Positions 44,397 to 53,132 of a stretch of 64,000 nucleotides of DNA are shown piece by piece. The stretch comes from Candidatus Latescibacterota bacterium (GTDB lineage: Bacteria > Latescibacterota > UBA2968 > UBA8231), in the NCBI GenBank assembly GCA_965248355.1, contig OZ252098.1, positions 4,096,001-4,160,000 on the forward strand, given 5' to 3'. The stretch's first letter is position 1. The number at the start of each line of letters is the position of its first letter. The translations under genes were made by a program, and so were the position numbers. Under the pieces are notes generated by a model. It did no database searches and was not told where the DNA came from. It was given only the letters and a program-made list of their open reading frames with translations.

Positions 44397-46264
44397 CAGT
44401 CCGTCTCCCCGTAGAGCTGGAGGGCCCGGCTCCATTCGTCGATTCGGGAGCGCCGCTCCCCGTCCTCCTCCGGCAGGCTCAGGGGCCGGCCCCGGCCGTC
44501 GAGGATCAGTCCGACGACGCCGCCCCGGACTCTGGCGCGATGTTCCTGTCCGGGGCCGGATCCCGCGTCCCGGCCGCGGCCCGGGGAGATCGTCATCTCC
44601 GCCTCCTCGTCCTCGGCCAGCGGCAGCAGGCTCAGCTCACCGCACCGCAGCTCGCCGCGGCTCTCTGCGTCCGCCGTGCGCAGCTCGTACGTGGAGCACA
44701 CCTCACCGGGCTTGCCGTCTCCCGAGGGGGCGACGCAGGTCCCCAGGTAGACGATGCAATCCCGCTCGAAGACGTCGGCGGCGGCCTGCTCGTCCACGGA
44801 GGCCAGCACGCCGAGGTGGGGCATCATGAAGATGCTGTCCACGGCGAGCTGGGTGACGCCCTCCGGCTGAAAGGCGTCGACGAGCATGGCGGCCGTCTGG
44901 GCCCGGCGAGGCGCGTGGGAGAGCACGCCTCCGCTGCCGACCAGCAGGTCGAGGACCATCATGTCCACCAGGCTGCCGCCGGTGGCCTCCTGATCGAAGA
45001 CATCGGACAGGGTGCGCTCGGTCTGCACTCCCTTCAGACCCACGGCCAGCTCGCGGTGCTGGAGGAGGGCCAGCCGCAAGGCCTCCCGGGCCACGGCGTG
45101 CTCGATCCGCAGCTCCTCGAGCATGTGGGGGATCGTCGTGGGGCGAATCATCTTGTTCTTGATGCGGTCGCGCAGGTCGGCCTCGTCGATCTCGAAGGGG
45201 ATCCAGCGCACGACGTTCTCCAGCGAGGCCTCGGCCAGGACGTTGGAGATGCTGTACGACATGCCGAGGTTGGCGCTCACGGTCCGGTTGAAGACGGGGC
45301 TCGAACCCTCCGTCGCCGAGGGGTCCGTCCCGGCTTCCGGGGGAGCGGGATCGGCCTGTCCGTCCCCGGCCGTGTGGAATACGCTGAAGACGTCCGTCGT
45401 GGCGCCGCCGATGTCGACGCCGAGCACGTCGATGCCCTTGCGCCGGGCGATGGCCTGCATGATCCGGCCCACCGCCGCCGGCGTGGGCATGATGGGCGCC
45501 GCCGTCCACGACATGAGCCTGGAGTACCCGGGCGCCTGGGCCATCACGTGCTCGAGGAACAGGTCGTGGATGACGTGCCGCGCCGGGCCCAGGTTCTCGC
45601 GCTCCAGGACGGGGCGCAGGTTCTCGGTCAGGTGCAGGGCGGTCCGCTCGCCGAGGACGCGTTTCACCTCGGGTCCCGCGTCCTGGTTGCCGGCGAAGAT
45701 CACGGGAAGCTCGAAGCCGGCGCCGAACCGGGGGCGGGGGTCGGCGGCGGCCACGTACTCCGCCAGCTCGACGACGTGGGACACGGTGCCGCCGTCGGTG
45801 CCGCCAGACAGCAGCACCATGTCGGGGCGCAGATGGCGGATGCGCTCGATCTTCTCGTGGGGCTGGCGGCCGTCGTTGGAGGCCAGCACGTCCATGACGA
45901 TGGCGCCGGCCCCGAGAGCGCAACGCTGGGCGCTTTCCCCGGTCATGGTCTGCACGACGCCGGCCACCATCATCTGCAGTCCGCCGCCGGCGCTCGAGGT
46001 GGAGATGTAGATGTCCACGCCGCGCCCGTCCGCCGCCGGCGTGATGATGCGCTCGCCGTCGAGGATCTGCCGCCCGGAGAGCTCCTCCACCTCCTGGATG
46101 GCGTTCAGCACGCCGCGGGTGACGTCCTCGAAGGGAGCCTCCACGGTGGTCGGGGCCTCGCCGCGGAAGGTCTGCCGGTAGCCCTCCGCCAGGCGCTCGA
46201 TGAGGATCGCCTTGGTGGTGGTGCTGCCGCAGTCGGTGGCGATGATGATCCCGGGCCTATCCAC
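44396..46264 (-). CDS. GlmL/MutL-like (glutamate mutase L family) ASKHA-fold ATPase
   Basis: TDCGSTTTK, TSSAGGGL, LSGGTDGG, IFAGN, MPTPAAV, VDIGGATTDVFS, GSGGVLSHAP; C-terminal extension ending GGVVGLILDGRGRP. Confidence 0.85.
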   Translation of the reverse strand: MDRPGIIIATDCGSTTTKAILIERLAEGYRQTFRGEAPTTVEAPFEDVTRGVLNAIQEVEELSGRQILDGERIITPAADGRGVDIYISTSSAGGGLQMMVAGVVQTMTGESAQRCALGAGAIVMDVLASNDGRQPHEKIERIRHLRPDMVLLSGGTDGGTVSHVVELAEYVAAADPRPRFGAGFELPVIFAGNQDAGPEVKRVLGERTALHLTENLRPVLERENLGPARHVIHDLFLEHVMAQAPGYSRLMSWTAAPIMPTPAAVGRIMQAIARRKGIDVLGVDIGGATTDVFSVFHTAGDGQADPAPPEAGTDPSATEGSSPVFNRTVSANLGMSYSISNVLAEASLENVVRWIPFEIDEADLRDRIKNKMIRPTTIPHMLEELRIEHAVAREALRLALLQHRELAVGLKGVQTERTLSDVFDQEATGGSLVDMMVLDLLVGSGGVLSHAPRRAQTAAMLVDAFQPEGVTQLAVDSIFMMPHLGVLASVDEQAAADVFERDCIVYLGTCVAPSGDGKPGEVCSTYELRTADAESRGELRCGELSLLPLAEDEEAEMTISPGRGRDAGSGPGQEHRARVRGGVVGLILDGRGRPLSLPEEDGERRSRIDEWSRALQLYGETD

Positions 46265-46589
46265 GGTCGCGGTTTTCCCGTTCGGTGATGGCCTCGATGA
46301 TCCAGTCGACGCTGCGGCGCCTCTCCAGCAATCCCTGCAGGCTGTCGTACTCCGCCGGGGAGAAGGCGATTTTGAGCATGGGACCGGCGAAGGCCAGCAG
46401 CTGGCTCCCCATGAAGCTCAGGGGCCGGGTGCTCTCCAGAGCCATCAGGGCCGGCGCCGTCATGCGGCGGCGCACGACGAGACGGGCGACGCGGTCTACG
46501 AGGGCTTGCTCCTCCTCGGAGAGGGGATCCCCGGAGTCCAGGGCAAAGGCGTAGCCCCAGCCGCGGCGCAGCCGCTCAAGCCGGGACAC
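46257..46589 (-). CDS. small helical hypothetical protein
   Basis: LVDRVARLVVRRRMTAPALMALESTRPLSFMGSQ; overlaps neighbours at both ends. Confidence 0.7.
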   Translation of the reverse strand: MSRLERLRRGWGYAFALDSGDPLSEEEQALVDRVARLVVRRRMTAPALMALESTRPLSFMGSQLLAFAGPMLKIAFSPAEYDSLQGLLERRRSVDWIIEAITERENRDRG

Positions 46590-46983
46590 GAGCCCGTGCC
46601 AGGGCGACGACCGCGTCGGCGTCGACGCCGGGGCCGAAGCGCAGGTAGACCCCCCGGAAGGAGTCGAGCCGGCTCGGCCGCCGAAAGGGACTCAGAAAGA
46701 TGCCGTCGGCGTGGCGGTCGATGCGGCGGAAGGCCGACCAGGACCTGCGACGCCAGGTCAGATGGCGCCAAGCCGCCTCCCGGTCGTCGAGGACGTACCG
46801 GGTGGGCAGCAGGTAGCGGGCGGTGGAGCCCGCGAGCACGACCAGGGAAATCAGTCCGTAGACGGCGCCGCCAAAGCCGGAGGCCGCCAACGCCGAGAGT
46901 CCGACGATCACCGCGCCCAGGGCCGCCGACTTCCAGGCGGGCTCCTCGCGGAGCGGGTGGGCCGTCCAGGCGAGAGAAGGCAT
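46576..46983 (-). CDS. hypothetical 2-TM membrane protein with C-terminal beta-rich domain
   Basis: WTAHP, two TMs, LPTRYVLD, W..FRR, GIFLSPF..PSRLD.FRG.YLRF. Confidence 0.72.
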   Translation of the reverse strand: MPSLAWTAHPLREEPAWKSAALGAVIVGLSALAASGFGGAVYGLISLVVLAGSTARYLLPTRYVLDDREAAWRHLTWRRRSWSAFRRIDRHADGIFLSPFRRPSRLDSFRGVYLRFGPGVDADAVVALARARVPA

Positions 46984-46990
46984 CTGCCGA

Positions 46991-46996
46991 AATATA
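46991..46996 (-). promoter_or_regulatory. -10 box for a probably leaderless transcript of the GlmL-like operon
   Basis: TATATT then 7 nt then ATG (46983) on the minus strand; no SD. Confidence 0.45.
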
Positions 46997-47050
46997 GATC
47001 CACCCGGCGGCCGGCAGCGAATCCGGAGGCCGCGCGGTCTCCGTCCTGGC

Positions 47051-48328
47051 TCAGAGGAGGAAGGCGGGTACGGACTCGTTCGCGGTCACCTGGTCCAGCG
47101 TCTGGCGCTTCCGCAGCAGGTGGAAGCCGCCATCCGTGCCCAGCAACACCTCCGGCGCCTCTGGGAAGGAGTTGTAGTTCTTGGCGGACATGGCCGAGCA
47201 GTAGGCTCCGGCGCCCCCGATGACGATGGCGTCGCCCACGCGCGCCTCGGTGAGGGTGCGCACCTCCAGCGTCTCCGGGTCGCCCGGGGCCGGGGTCAGG
47301 ACGTCGCCGCTCTCGCAGCAGTGACCGACGACGAGGTACTCCCGCAAGGGAGGGCTGCCGCCGTCCCGCGGCACCACGGTGACGGGATGCTGAGCGCCGT
47401 ACATGCTCGGACGCAGGATCTCCGTCATCCCCGTGTCGGTCTTGAGGAAGGAGTAGCCTTCCTTGCCGGTGTCCACCACGTCGATGACGCTGGCCACCAC
47501 GGCGCCGGCGTTGCCCACCAGGAAGGTGCCGGGTTCGATCTCCAGGCGCAGTCGGCGCCCATCACCGGCGAAGCGGCGCAACTCGTCGACGATCGGTCCC
47601 GCGGCGTGGAGCAGGTCGGTGGACGACTCGACGCTCATCCGCCCGATCTTGTAGCCCCCGCCCAGGTTGACGTCGGTGACGTCGGGGAGGTGCCGGGCGA
47701 GGTTCAGGGTCAGGCGCGCGCAGTGCTGCCACACCTCCGGATCGCTGCCCGAGCCGATGTGGGTGTGCAAGAGGGTGATGCGCAGGTCGCGGGCGCGGGC
47801 AGCCTCGAGGACCCGTTCCAGATGCGTGTGCCAGATCCCGAAGCTGGCGGAGGGACCGCCGACGTTGGTGCGATTGGAGTGGCCCGAGCCGAGTCCCGGG
47901 TTGAAGCGGACGCCCACCTCCTTACCCGGGAAACGCTCGCCGTAGGCCGTGAGCTGGCCGAGGGAGCAGGCGTTGAAGCGGACCCCCAGGCCGACCAGAT
48001 CCTCGAGGTCGTTGGGCTGCTGCTGGGCGGTGAGCAGGATGTGCCCCGGGGGCACGCCGGCGGACAGGGCCCGTCTCGCCTCCCAGCCGGAGCTGGCGTC
48101 GATCTGCAGTCCCGCCCGCGTCAGCACGCGCAGCACTCCTGCCGACGGGCAGGCCTTCATGGCGTAGCGAACGGTCAGACCGAAGGGGGCGGGCAGCTGG
48201 AGGGCCCGTTGCGCCTGGGCTTCCAGCGTCGCCTGGTCGTACACGTAGAGCGGCGTGCCGAAGCGCTCCTGCAGGGTTCGAGTCTGCTCCTCGGTGAGGA
48301 AGCGGAGGGGCTCGGGGGAAGTCGCCAT
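47051..48328 (-). CDS. lysA: diaminopimelate decarboxylase
   Basis: FGTPLYVYD, YAMKA (PLP Lys), HTHIGSG, NLGGG, EPG, HCCESGD, GAY..MS.KNYNS. Confidence 0.93.
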   Translation of the reverse strand: MATSPEPLRFLTEEQTRTLQERFGTPLYVYDQATLEAQAQRALQLPAPFGLTVRYAMKACPSAGVLRVLTRAGLQIDASSGWEARRALSAGVPPGHILLTAQQQPNDLEDLVGLGVRFNACSLGQLTAYGERFPGKEVGVRFNPGLGSGHSNRTNVGGPSASFGIWHTHLERVLEAARARDLRITLLHTHIGSGSDPEVWQHCARLTLNLARHLPDVTDVNLGGGYKIGRMSVESSTDLLHAAGPIVDELRRFAGDGRRLRLEIEPGTFLVGNAGAVVASVIDVVDTGKEGYSFLKTDTGMTEILRPSMYGAQHPVTVVPRDGGSPPLREYLVVGHCCESGDVLTPAPGDPETLEVRTLTEARVGDAIVIGGAGAYCSAMSAKNYNSFPEAPEVLLGTDGGFHLLRKRQTLDQVTANESVPAFLL

Positions 48329-48383
48329 GGATGTTCCTATGTTGCTATTTTTACTGGTAGTTGGTAGGTTCTGGGGCAGGTGG

Positions 48384-48412
48384 ATTATCGGCTCCGTTTC
48401 GCACTTCGTCAA
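48384..48412 (-). promoter_or_regulatory. sigma70 promoter of lysA
   Basis: Minus-strand TTGACG-N17-GATAAT about 55 nt upstream of ATG. Confidence 0.65.
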
Positions 48413-48528
48413 GCCGTGGATCGATCACTCGATCGGCGGTGGCTCCCGCTCCACGCGGTGGACATTCCGCCGGACGGAGAGACATCTTCACAAGGTCGGG
48501 GAGCACGACCGCCTGGCGCTGCTCCTCG

Positions 48529-48557
48529 TTGATCGCGTCATGAGCGGTGGTTATATT
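48529..48557 (+). promoter_or_regulatory. putative sigma70 promoter for tadA-tRNA-SRP cluster
   Basis: TTGATC-N17-TATATT; if used, tadA would start at ATG 48588. Confidence 0.5.
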
Positions 48558-49032
48558 GCGAACCCGGGGCAGGTCGACGCCTTCTGGATGTCGCGGGCCC
48601 TCGATCGGGCGCGCTTGGCCGCCGCATCGGGCGAGGTTCCGGTCGGCGCTCTCGTCGTACGCGACGGCGCGATCCTGGGCGCCGGCAGCAACGCGACCGA
48701 GCGGTATCAGGATCCGACGGCGCACGCGGAGATGATCGCCATTCGGCAGGCGGCCGAGGCGATCGGGTCGCGCCGGTTCCAGCACACGGCGTTGTACGTG
48801 ACTCTTGAGCCGTGCGCCATGTGCGCCGGAGCGATCGTCCTGGCACGGATTCCGCGCATCCTGTTCGGGGCCTACGATCCCAAGGCCGGCGCCTGCGGAA
48901 CGTTGCGCAACGTGGTCCGGGATCCGCGGCTCAACCATACCTGCCAGGTCGTCGGCGGAGTGATGGAGAGCGAGTGTGCCGGTCTGCTGCGTGAGTTCTT
49001 CTCCGACCTGAGGTCGGAACGATCAGCGGTGC

Positions 49033-49123
<91 letters not shown>

Positions 49124-49124
49124 C

Positions 49125-49217
49125 GGAGAGATGACCGAGTGGTCGAAGGTGCACGACTGGAAATCGTGTGTGGCGTTTATAGCGTCACCGAGGGTTCGAA
49201 TCCCTCTCTCTCCGCCA
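49125..49217 (+). tRNA. tRNA-Ser (GGA)
   Basis: GGAGAGA/TCTCTCC stem, loop CTGGAAA, long variable arm, G73-CCA; 1 nt after the previous tRNA. Confidence 0.95.
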
Positions 49218-49232
49218 GTTCAAGAATCCGGT

Positions 49233-49308
<76 letters not shown>

Positions 49309-49364
49309 TTTTCCTCGATGGGGCCGCCCGGGGCAGATCTCTCGGGCTGGCTCCCGCAGCAGCA

Positions 49365-49633
49365 GGCCGTGCTAGATGGGGAGTTAGCGGTGCCCTGCAC
49401 CCGCAATCCGCTCTAGCGGGATCGAATCCCCGTCCGAGGTCCACAAGTCGTCTGCCGGCCGGAAACCGGAGGGCGTCGAGAGCCGGATTCCGCGCAACGC
49501 GAGGCTTCCGAACCCCGTCAGGACCGGAAGGTAGCAGCGGTAAGAGGCTGACGCGTGTGCCGCGGAGGTCTCTGGCTGGAGCCCGGCGGTCACGGGCGGT
49601 TGGCGGCGCGGGATCGAAGACGGGTGCACGGTC
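49365..49633 (+). ncRNA. ffs: signal recognition particle RNA, large (Alu-domain, Bacillus scRNA-type)
   Basis: GCCGTGCTAG..GGGGAG.TAGCGGTGCCCTG.ACC.GCAATCCGCTCTAGC 5' domain, helix 8 GTCAGGACCGGAAGGTAGCAGC, closing GCACGGT; directly upstream of dnaX. Confidence 0.92.
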
Positions 49634-49715
49634 TGCGTTCTTCCCGCGGGCTGGCTGCGGGCGCAGCGAGCCCCTTGTCGCCGTGGAGCCCGGCCGCCTC
49701 GTTTCCGATCGGTCC

Positions 49716-51425
49716 ATGTCTTTTCAGGTCACAGCCCGCAAGTGGCGCCCCCAGCGGTTCTCCGAAGTCGTCGGCCAGGAGCATATCACGGCCACGCTGA
49801 CGAACGCGTTGGCCAGTGACCGGGTGGCCCAGTGCTATCTGTTCTGCGGACCCCGCGGCGTCGGCAAGACGACGACGGCGCGCATCCTGGCCAAGGCCCT
49901 CAACTGCGCCGGGCGCGGCGGTGAGATCGATCCCTGCGGCGAGTGCCCGTCCTGCCGGTCGATCACCGACGGCACGAGCATGGACGTTCTGGAGATCGAC
50001 GGCGCTTCGAACAACAGCGTCGATGACGTGCGGGAGTTGCGCGAGGTGGTGCGCTACATCCCCACCCAAGGCGCCCACAAGATCTACATCATCGACGAAG
50101 TCCACATGCTTTCCAGGCCGGCCTTCAACGCCCTCCTGAAGACCCTCGAGGAGCCGCCCGAACGGGTGGTCTTCGTCTTCGCCACCACCGAGGTCCAGGA
50201 GGTACCGGAGACGATCCTGTCCCGCTGCCAGCGGTTCAACTTCCGGCGCATCTCCACCTCCACGATCGCCGGGCACCTGGAGAAGATCACCGTCGCCGAG
50301 GGGATCGAGGCCGACCGGGAGGCCCTCTACCTGTTGGCCCACCGGGCCGACGGTGCCCTCAGGGACGCCGAGAGCCTCCTCGATCAGGTCGTTTCCTTCG
50401 GAGGCCGGGTGACCACCGAGCACGTCCGGGAGGTCCTGGGTCTGGTCGACCGGGGGGTGTTCTTCGAGGCCACCTCGGCCATTGCCGCCGGCGACGGGGG
50501 CCGGCTGCTCGACCTCGTGGGGCGGGTCCTCGAGGAGGGCGGAGACCTCGAGGAGTTCGTCCGCGGGCTGGTGGAGCACGCCTCGCAACTGCTGTTTGCC
50601 AAGGTGCAGGGATCCGCCGCCAAGCTCGAGGTCAGCGAGGAGGAGCGCCGACGCTGCGAGGAGGCCGTCGGTCCGATGGCCGAGGAGGATCTGCTGCGCA
50701 TCGTGCAGACCCTGATGGAGCTCGAGGTGGAGGTGCGCAAGTCGCTGCAGCCGAGGTTCCGCACCGAGCTGGCCCTCGTCCGCCTGGCCGGCATGGGCCG
50801 GGCCGTGGACCTGGGGCGGCTCCTTGGCCGCCTGTCCGCCCTGGAGGCCGCCGTCGTCAATGGTGGCGGGACCCCGGCTGCCTCCGAACCGCGGCGGAGG
50901 CCGCCGCCGCAGGTACCGGCGCCCGATCCGGGGCCGCCTGCTGTCCCGTCTCCCGGCCCGCAGGAGGATCCGGAACCGGCACCCGGACCCGGGGGCTCGG
51001 AGCCCGCCGGGGTGGCCTCTCCGGCCGAGGCCTCCTCCCAGGCCGAGGACCAGGATACGATCCAGGAGTTGTGGGCCCGCGTCACCGACCACCTCCGGGA
51101 GGACCAACCGGCGACGGCGGGTTTCCTCGGGGACGTCACCCGCCTGGAGTTGAAGGGCGCGGTCCTCACCCTGTTCTTCGACGGGGCCAGCCGCTTCGCC
51201 ATGGACCAGGTGGGCAGGGCCGGGGGCGCCATAGCCGAGGCCCTGGCCCGTCTCGGCGGCCCTCAAGTGCGCCTCCGCTGCAGCGTCGACGACCGCGGCG
51301 ACGGCGGGGCTCCGGCCGCGAATCCGCCATCGTCTGCCTCCGGCCCGGCGCGGCCCTCCCCCGAGGCGAGCCTCGACCCGAAGGTGCGGACCGTCCTCGA
51401 AGCCATCGACGGGGAGCTCGTGTAA
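49716..51425 (+). CDS. dnaX: DNA polymerase III subunit gamma/tau
   Basis: ARKWRPQRF, GPRGVGKTT, PCGECPSC, EIDGASNNSVDD, IIDEVHML, TILSRCQ; Pro-rich linker. Confidence 0.96.
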   Translation: MSFQVTARKWRPQRFSEVVGQEHITATLTNALASDRVAQCYLFCGPRGVGKTTTARILAKALNCAGRGGEIDPCGECPSCRSITDGTSMDVLEIDGASNNSVDDVRELREVVRYIPTQGAHKIYIIDEVHMLSRPAFNALLKTLEEPPERVVFVFATTEVQEVPETILSRCQRFNFRRISTSTIAGHLEKITVAEGIEADREALYLLAHRADGALRDAESLLDQVVSFGGRVTTEHVREVLGLVDRGVFFEATSAIAAGDGGRLLDLVGRVLEEGGDLEEFVRGLVEHASQLLFAKVQGSAAKLEVSEEERRRCEEAVGPMAEEDLLRIVQTLMELEVEVRKSLQPRFRTELALVRLAGMGRAVDLGRLLGRLSALEAAVVNGGGTPAASEPRRRPPPQVPAPDPGPPAVPSPGPQEDPEPAPGPGGSEPAGVASPAEASSQAEDQDTIQELWARVTDHLREDQPATAGFLGDVTRLELKGAVLTLFFDGASRFAMDQVGRAGGAIAEALARLGGPQVRLRCSVDDRGDGGAPAANPPSSASGPARPSPEASLDPKVRTVLEAIDGELV

Positions 51426-51428
51426 GCC

Positions 51429-52025
51429 ATGGGCCCGCAGGCACTCGAGGATCTGGTGACCGCCCTGGCGCGGCTGCCCGGGATCGGCCGGAAGACGGCC
51501 CAGAGGCTCGCCCTCTACATGCTGAAGTCCCCTCCGGAGGAGGCCGCCGCCCTGGCCGATGCGATCCACGGGGCCCGTGAGCGGATCGGGCACTGCACCC
51601 TGTGCTACAACCTGACGGAGAGCGACCAGCCTCTGTGCCGTGTCTGCCGGGACGAGCGTCGGGACCGCCAAGTGATCTGCGTCGTCGAAGAGGCCAGCGA
51701 CGCCCTGGCCCTGGAGCGTAGCGAGCTGATGCAGGGCACCTATCACGTATTGGGGGGCGCCCTGTCGCCTCTCGATGGCATCGGGCCGGACGATCTGCGC
51801 ATCTCGGAGCTTCTCGAGCGGGTGCGCCGCGACGGCGTGCGCGAGGTGATCCTGGCGCACAACGCCAGCGCCGAGGGCGAGGCCACCGCCGAGTACATCC
51901 ACCAGCGGCTGGATTCCCTGACCCGAGTCACCCGCCTGGCCCGCGGCCTGCCCGCCGGTTCCGATCTCGACCTCGCGGATCGAACCACTCTCGCTCACGC
52001 CCTGCAGGGACGCACGACCTTCTGA
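51429..52025 (+). CDS. recR: recombination mediator RecR
   Basis: LPGIGRKTAQRLA, C..C.N...C..C zinc finger, YHVLGG.LSPLDGIGP, EGEATA, RLARGLP. Confidence 0.96.
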   Translation: MGPQALEDLVTALARLPGIGRKTAQRLALYMLKSPPEEAAALADAIHGARERIGHCTLCYNLTESDQPLCRVCRDERRDRQVICVVEEASDALALERSELMQGTYHVLGGALSPLDGIGPDDLRISELLERVRRDGVREVILAHNASAEGEATAEYIHQRLDSLTRVTRLARGLPAGSDLDLADRTTLAHALQGRTTF

Positions 52026-52621
52026 TGGCCGCCCAAAAGGCAAACCCGACCCGCGGCATCCTCAACCTGCCCAACCTGTTGACGATCTCCCGGATCTTCG
52101 CCACTCCTCTCTTTCTGGCCATGCTCTTCACCGACACTTGGTACTGGCGTTCGACCGCCGTCTTCGTCTTCGCCGCGGCGTCCCTCACCGATCTCTACGA
52201 TGGGCGTCTGGCCCGGGCCCGGAACTCGGTCACCGAATTCGGCCGCTTCATGGATCCCCTGGCCGACAAGATCCTGGTGACCTCCGCCCTGATCGCCTTC
52301 GTCCTCGGCCGCATCGTCCATGCCTGGATCGTGGTGCCCATCGTGGTGCGCGACGTGGTGATCACGGCCCTCCGTCTCTACGGCCTGCGCCAGGGCCGGA
52401 TGATGGAGACCTCCCTCCTCGCCAAATGGAAGACCATGGCCCAGCTGGTCACGGTCGTCCTCATCCTGGCCCTCATCGGACTTCAGGAGTTGGCCAGCCA
52501 GTTCCAGTGGAGCGGAGTGCTGGCCCACGGGGACTGGATCCAGCTTCTGACCAACGGCCTGATGGCCGGCGTCCTCCTTCTTACCCTGCTCTCCGGTTTT
52601 CACTATTTTCTGCGGACCTGA
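52025..52621 (+). CDS. pgsA: CDP-diacylglycerol--glycerol-3-phosphate 3-phosphatidyltransferase
   Basis: NLPNLLTISRI, TDLYDGRLAR....T.FGRFMDPLADK, AKWKT. Confidence 0.93.
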   Translation: MAAQKANPTRGILNLPNLLTISRIFATPLFLAMLFTDTWYWRSTAVFVFAAASLTDLYDGRLARARNSVTEFGRFMDPLADKILVTSALIAFVLGRIVHAWIVVPIVVRDVVITALRLYGLRQGRMMETSLLAKWKTMAQLVTVVLILALIGLQELASQFQWSGVLAHGDWIQLLTNGLMAGVLLLTLLSGFHYFLRT

Positions 52622-52736
52622 CAGCGGGTCCCCGGATCGCACTTCCCGGCGCGCGGTCGATCTCTTCCGCGCCGCCATCGCCACGGTCCTGTTCTCCGGC
52701 CGGTCGCCGGTCGCCCCCGGCACCGCGGGTACGGCG

Positions 52737-53111
52737 GTGGCCGCGGTGGCCTACCTGGCCCTGTGCGATTCCCTGACCACCGGCGCGTGGGTCGTCCTGC
52801 TGATCACCGCCACGGCCGTGGCCGTGATCAGCGCCGGCGCCGAGGCCAGGGCCCGGAACCAGGAGGATCCGGGACCGGTGGTGATCGACGAAGCCGCGGG
52901 ATATCTGTTCGCGGTGGCCTTTCTCCCCCATGGTCCGGTGACCGCCATCGCCGGTTTCCTGGTGTTCCGGGCTCTCGACATCCTCAAGCCGCCGCCGGTG
53001 CGACAGCTGGAGCGCCTTCCCGGGGGATGGGGGATCGTCCTCGACGACGTTGCCGCCGGCCTTCTCAGCCACTTGGTGCTTCGGGCGGGCTGGGCCCTGG
53101 CCGGGCGCTGA
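52737..53111 (+). CDS. pgpA: phosphatidylglycerophosphatase A (true start probably upstream, non-canonical)
   Basis: EDPGPVVIDE, FRALDILKP.P, GGWGIVLDDVAAG; in-frame upstream GRSPVAPGTAG motif precedes the first GTG. Confidence 0.88.
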   Translation: MAAVAYLALCDSLTTGAWVVLLITATAVAVISAGAEARARNQEDPGPVVIDEAAGYLFAVAFLPHGPVTAIAGFLVFRALDILKPPPVRQLERLPGGWGIVLDDVAAGLLSHLVLRAGWALAGR

Positions 53112-53132
53112 GAAACCCGAGGGGAGCAAGAC

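Noticed and set aside
44396..46264. Annotation as DNA mismatch-repair MutL or as evidence of glutamate fermentation
   Set aside because: The motifs are ASKHA-type, not GHKL, and no glutamate mutase or methylaspartase genes are in the window.
48329..48540. Possible lysine riboswitch upstream of lysA
   Set aside because: The predicted leader is only about 50 nt and lacks L-box features; the region is explained by divergent promoters.
50860..51060. dnaX programmed frameshift (gamma subunit) or repeat element
   Set aside because: No A-AAA-AAG slippery site or poly-A run; this is an ordinary Pro/Ala-rich linker.
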